A stretch of 61,682 nt of DNA, filler included. It is 8 parts of 8 records of this genome, joined end to end, with 100 filler letters (N's around TTAATTAATTAA, not from the genome) between each part and the next. Parts side by side here need not be neighbours in the genome. Positions count along the whole stretch, not along the records: positions 56,437 to 61,682 come from SRR31147125_17018; 7 more parts are not named here. The stretch is one strand, 5' to 3'. The notes beneath the pieces were generated by a model. That model searched no databases, had not been told where the DNA came from, and was given only the letters and a program-made list of their open reading frames with translations. The position numbers were made by a program, and so were the translations under genes. Shown here one piece after another: positions 57,772 through 61,682 of the stretch (position 1 is the first letter of the stretch; the number at the start of each line of letters is the position of its first letter).

Positions 57772-58079
57772 TTTCACCTTCGCTGGTGAAATTTCGCAAG
57801 CTGGATTGCTTGGTAGCGTTTGCCGAAAGCGGCGTCGGCAAACGAATTGTTCCTGCTTGTTTCTGTCTGATTTTCGCCATAGGATCAGATAGTGGAGGAA
57901 AGTGACCTCCTGACCCAAGACTTACGGACTCGGTAGTTAATACAAATACCACTTTTCATCAATCCGGGTCCGTATTCATAGATTCCATTTGCTGCCCGCT
58001 TCTATCGTAATTCTGCAAAACTTTAAACTATTGTTGCCAAAGATGCACGCTAAGGCTATCTTAATCTCACAGGTGGCAA
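57772..58079 (+). ncRNA. Candidate unclassified structured RNA
   Basis: At least six adjacent stems, G-U pairs that work only on the + strand, and two loop-loop complementarities (see findings). Confidence 0.45.
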
Positions 58080-58101
58080 GTATCAATACTCTGGAGATAA
58101 A

Positions 58102-59648
58102 GTGAAGCTGAAAATCATCATCATTGCAATTTCTGTCATTGTTTTTTTGATTGGCAGTATCCCGTATTTTATCGCATATCAAAACGAAGACGAGCAGCAT
58201 GTGTTCAACGGATATCTGCATTATCCGGAAGATATGGACAGTTATGCAGCCTGGACAAAGCAGTCGTCGGAAGGAAATTGGCTGTTTTACAATCCTTACG
58301 ATAGCTCAAAAAATGATGGAGAATTCCTGAGTATTTTATGGTTGTTTTCAGGTAAGTTGTCGGTCGGTTTCAGTGTAATCCTTTGTCTTTTACGGGTACT
58401 TTCCTTGTCGTTACTAGCCCTTGGTTTGTGGCTTGTTTTAAAAGAGTTGAAGTTAAAGACCTTTGTAATTACATGGGTTTATGTGGTTTTCTTTCTCGGC
58501 GGCGGACTAGGCTGGCTGATGCATTTCATGCGTTTGGACGCCCCGCCCCCGATCTTTACACAGAAATTTTTCCATTCGTTCAAATTTCGTTTGTGCCGCA
58601 TTCTGCATTTGCTCATGCTTTTGTGCTATTTGCTGTTTTGTCAGCTTATTTGACAATCAGGAAATCAAGTTTCAGGCAATCGATTTTAACCGGAGTTTTG
58701 CTTTTAATTCTCGGCAGTTTCAGAAGCTACGAACTTGCAGTCGCATATGTTGCAATCGTAACTTTTTTCGTGTTTCATGCTTTTTCAGTAAAAGATAAAA
58801 TCAATCATTTAAAGTTGGTTTTGCCAATAATTTCAATACCTTTGCCGATTTTTGCCTACGCCTGGTGGTTGACAAATAAAAGCCTTGGTTTCTCGATTTG
58901 GGGGACAAGCAATGCATATCCGCCGCCTGAAATTCTGACATTCGTTATTGGGATTTTCCCAATAGTTTTGTGTGGTTTAATCTGGATTTTTGCAAGATCC
59001 TGGAAGCTTCATAGATATACGCTTTTCGATACTTTGTTTGCTTCGTGGATTGCCACAACATGGATCTTGATGTATAGCGGATTACTGCCTTGGGCCTGGC
59101 GTACTTGCGGCACTTTTATAACGCCGATGTTGCTCGCTGGAGCATATGCTGTTAATAGCTTAACTTGGCGAAATTACATCAAAATTCCAATTTTATTTTT
59201 GGTGTTGGTTATAGCTTTGCCGACGACTTTTCTAATTGTAAATGAAAAAACAGAAATCGGACAAACGCAAAATCGATATTATTATCATCATCCGAAACTG
59301 GACGAAACTTTTAGCTGGATTGAAGCGAATAACATAAAGGGAATATTTTTCACCCATGGTCATATCGGGCAGAAAATTCCTGGGAAAACAATGGCCAAAA
59401 GTATTATGGGGCATAAGGATCTGACTGAAAATTTCATCGAAAAGCGCAGAGATTACGCATACTTCGTTGGAGCGAGAAACGCTGGACGAGCAGTCGAAAT
59501 ACTTTGGAAAAATAATACAGAATGGCTTTTGTGGGGGCCGCTTGAGAGAAGAAGAGCTACATTCGATCCGGATGATCTGCAAGGATTCAGGAAATTCTAC
59601 GATAACGGACTTTATAAAGTTTATGGAAACCTAAAAGATCAAGATTAG
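58102..59648 (+). CDS. Polytopic membrane protein, GT-C-like (frameshift near 58548)
   Basis: First loop YPEDMDSYAAW...GNWLFYNPY, about 12 TM segments, soluble tail ILWKNNTEWLLWGPLE. Confidence 0.7.
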
Positions 59649-59792
59649 TTAAACCATCAAAATGACCGAAATTTTCTGCAACCCATCAATCTAAATATTT
59701 GACAGGCGTCAAGTTTACCGCTTATTATTGTTTTTTAACTTAAGTGTGTTACCAAAATCTTACCAATCCAAGGATGAGCTAGAGGTTCTAAA

Positions 59793-61639
59793 ATGTTAGA
59801 TGCCAAACTGCGTAAAATGGGATTTTTATTAAGCCTTATTATTTCCGTTTTCATTATTTGTGGATGTGCAATAAGCGACGGATCGTCATCATCGGATAAC
59901 AACGGCGATGGAGATAATGTTGAAATCGACGGACTGGGCGATTCTGATGATCTTGAAAGTGAAAATTCGGAAGGAACCTCTGAAGATGGCGACACAGCAG
60001 TTGAAGATGGCGATACAACAGCAGAGGACGGAGACACAACTACTCCTGCTGATGGTGACTCGGCCAAAGAAGATGGTGACACAACTATCGAAGATGGCGA
60101 CACAACTGTTGAAGATGGTGACACAACCGTTGAAGATGGAGACACGACTGTTGAAGATGGCGATACAACAGAGACAACCGAAACCACACCTCCTGACTTC
60201 GACCACTCAAAGGCGATTCATGTCGATCCAATAGATGGAGATGACAAAAACGATGGAACCAAAGAAAACCCTGTAAAAACAATCGTTTGGGCTCTCGAAG
60301 TGGCAGGAACTTCCCAACCCAAAAAAGCGGTTTATCTGGCAATTGGTACATATAATGGACAAATCGAACTAATCGATGGCGTTAGCATTTTCGGTGGATT
60401 CGATCCTGCAAATGATTGGGCGCATACGAGCACCTTGTCGGAAATTCTGGTTACCGAAAAAGATGCAGGTGGCAATAATATAAGAGCCATTATTGGCGAA
60501 TACTTGGGAATACATCTTGAACTTGCATACTTGAAAATAAAAACAGGACCAAATAATGCCGAAGCGAAATCCGGATCGAATTATGGTATCTGGGTTTTCG
60601 AGTGTGATAAAGTTCACGTGCATGATTGCACAATAGACGTTGGTGCCGCCCAAAACGGAGCTGATGGAATTGCCGGTAAAAAAGGTGCTGATGGTAAAGC
60701 TGGTGGCAATGGTGGTAAAGGTTGCGATCATTGCGATCAGCCCAGTGCCGGTGCCGGAGCTGGAGAAGCATGTAATGATCCGAATACCAAGGTGGAGGCG
60801 GTGGAAAAGGCCATGATGGAAATGGAGCTGGAACTATTGGTGGATTCGGAGGATCAGGAAATTCAGTAGGTGGAACTCCTGGAACTCCACATAATAATGG
60901 AGACGGTGGAGCTGGCCAAGCTGGTGGTGATGGTGCCGAGGGAGACAATGGTTTTGGAGGCGATGGTTCTGGTGATGTTCCGGGAACTGGATACTGGATC
61001 GGATCTGCCGGTCTTGATGGTAAAACAGGAACACCAGGTCATGGTGGTGGCGGCGGTGCAGGTGGTGCCGGAAAAGACGGTCCTGGAATATGTGTCAACC
61101 ATTGGGGTGGTTCCGGTGGTGGCGGTGGTGGCGGCGGTTGTGCCGGTACATTCGGAACCGGTGGTGCTCCCGGAGGTGGAACATTCGGAGTTTTCTATTA
61201 CAATTCAGTTCCTTATGTAAATAATTGTGATATTCATCTTGCATCAGCAGGTAAAGGTGGCGAAGGTGGTGCTGGTGGTCTTGGTGGTGCGGCTGGAGCC
61301 AAAGGTGCTGGTGGTGCTGCACACAAAAGAACCTGTTGGGGAAACACATATAGTTCATGGGCCGGTGGAGCCGGTGGAGCTGGCGGAAAAGGTGGTGAAG
61401 GTGGTGCTGGCGGCGGCGGTGGCGGCGGAGTCAGCTTTGGCGTCTATGCTTTTGATGCTCCTCCGGGAACTATGGGCGTGATTGAAAACAATTCCATCGA
61501 ACCGGGTTTTGGTGGTAATGGCGGTAATGCAAGCTCGGATGACAAATACAATAAAGGTTCAAACGGTGAAGCAGGTAAAATATATTATCCTGCGATGGAC
61601 CCTAAAGAAGATGGTGACACCACTGAAGCAACGGAATAA
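59793..61639 (+). CDS. Surface lipoprotein: EDGDTT repeats + DUF1565-like domain + Gly-rich region (frameshift near 60790)
   Basis: Signal ending ICGC; HVDPIDGDDKNDGTKENPVKTI...AIGTY...GVSIFGGF; alternate frame GGGGGKGHDGNG... is open to TAA at 61639. Confidence 0.85.
59982..60173 (+). repeat. 21-bp coding tandem repeat (EDGDTTV)
   Basis: GAAGATGGNGAYACAACNGTT-like units at 59982, 60003, 60069, 60090, 60111, 60132 and 60153. Confidence 0.9.
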
Positions 61640-61682
61640 TTATATTTAAGACTAATATCTAAATTCCCTAAGCAGTATCTTT

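Noticed and set aside
57893-57905. RNase P RNA (GAGGAAAGT motif) or tmRNA (GCA AAC GAA tag-like start at 57838)
   Set aside because: The GUCC continuation and 3' P4 motif of RNase P are missing; no tRNA-like ends or Ala-Ala tag ending for tmRNA.
59982-60173. CRISPR array
   Set aside because: The 21-bp units are contiguous, in frame and vary at codon third positions; no spacers or cas genes.

Overview
This window is not one genome region. It is eight unrelated metagenomic contigs joined by 100-nt N...TTAATTAATTAA...N spacers. (1) 1-6111: Clostridia-like rpoB-rpoC-[membrane gene]-L7Ae-rpsL-rpsG. (2) 6212-16168: Bacteroidales-like, with a mutA fragment, 4xFAS1 lipoprotein, TonB-dependent receptor, LytS/LytTR pair, MBL hydrolase and GH3. 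(3) 16269-23783: phoR/phoB-like pair, pyrG, DUF4416, YycJ-like and comM-like genes. (4) 23884-29174: Firmicutes-like, with dehydratase/activase genes, polysaccharide deacetylase, aldo-keto reductase and GH42. (5) 29275-43119: accessory contig of uncertain host. All intact genes are on the minus strand: papain-like toxin plus probable immunity gene, GNAT, a four-gene CHAT-protease module, glycosyltransferases, a transglutaminase-like protein, an eCIS-cargo-like HExxH protein and several decayed remnants. (6) 43220-48865: spirochaete greA/rpe/dtd/recA/scpA. (7) 48966-56336: Bacteroidales, coaE-djlA plus a HigBA islet flanked by a duplicated djlA 3' end. (8) 56437-61682: Myxococcota/delta-like, with a cobalamin riboswitch, DGD-repeat lipoproteins and an unexplained highly structured ~300-nt intergenic region. 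About 16 frameshifts, mostly in homopolymers and some in essential genes, point to sequencing error. The best leads are the CHAT module and eCIS-cargo island in contig 5, the candidate ncRNA at 57772-58079 and the B12-regulated surface lipoprotein. Taxonomy and family names come from motif recognition by eye; no searches were run.
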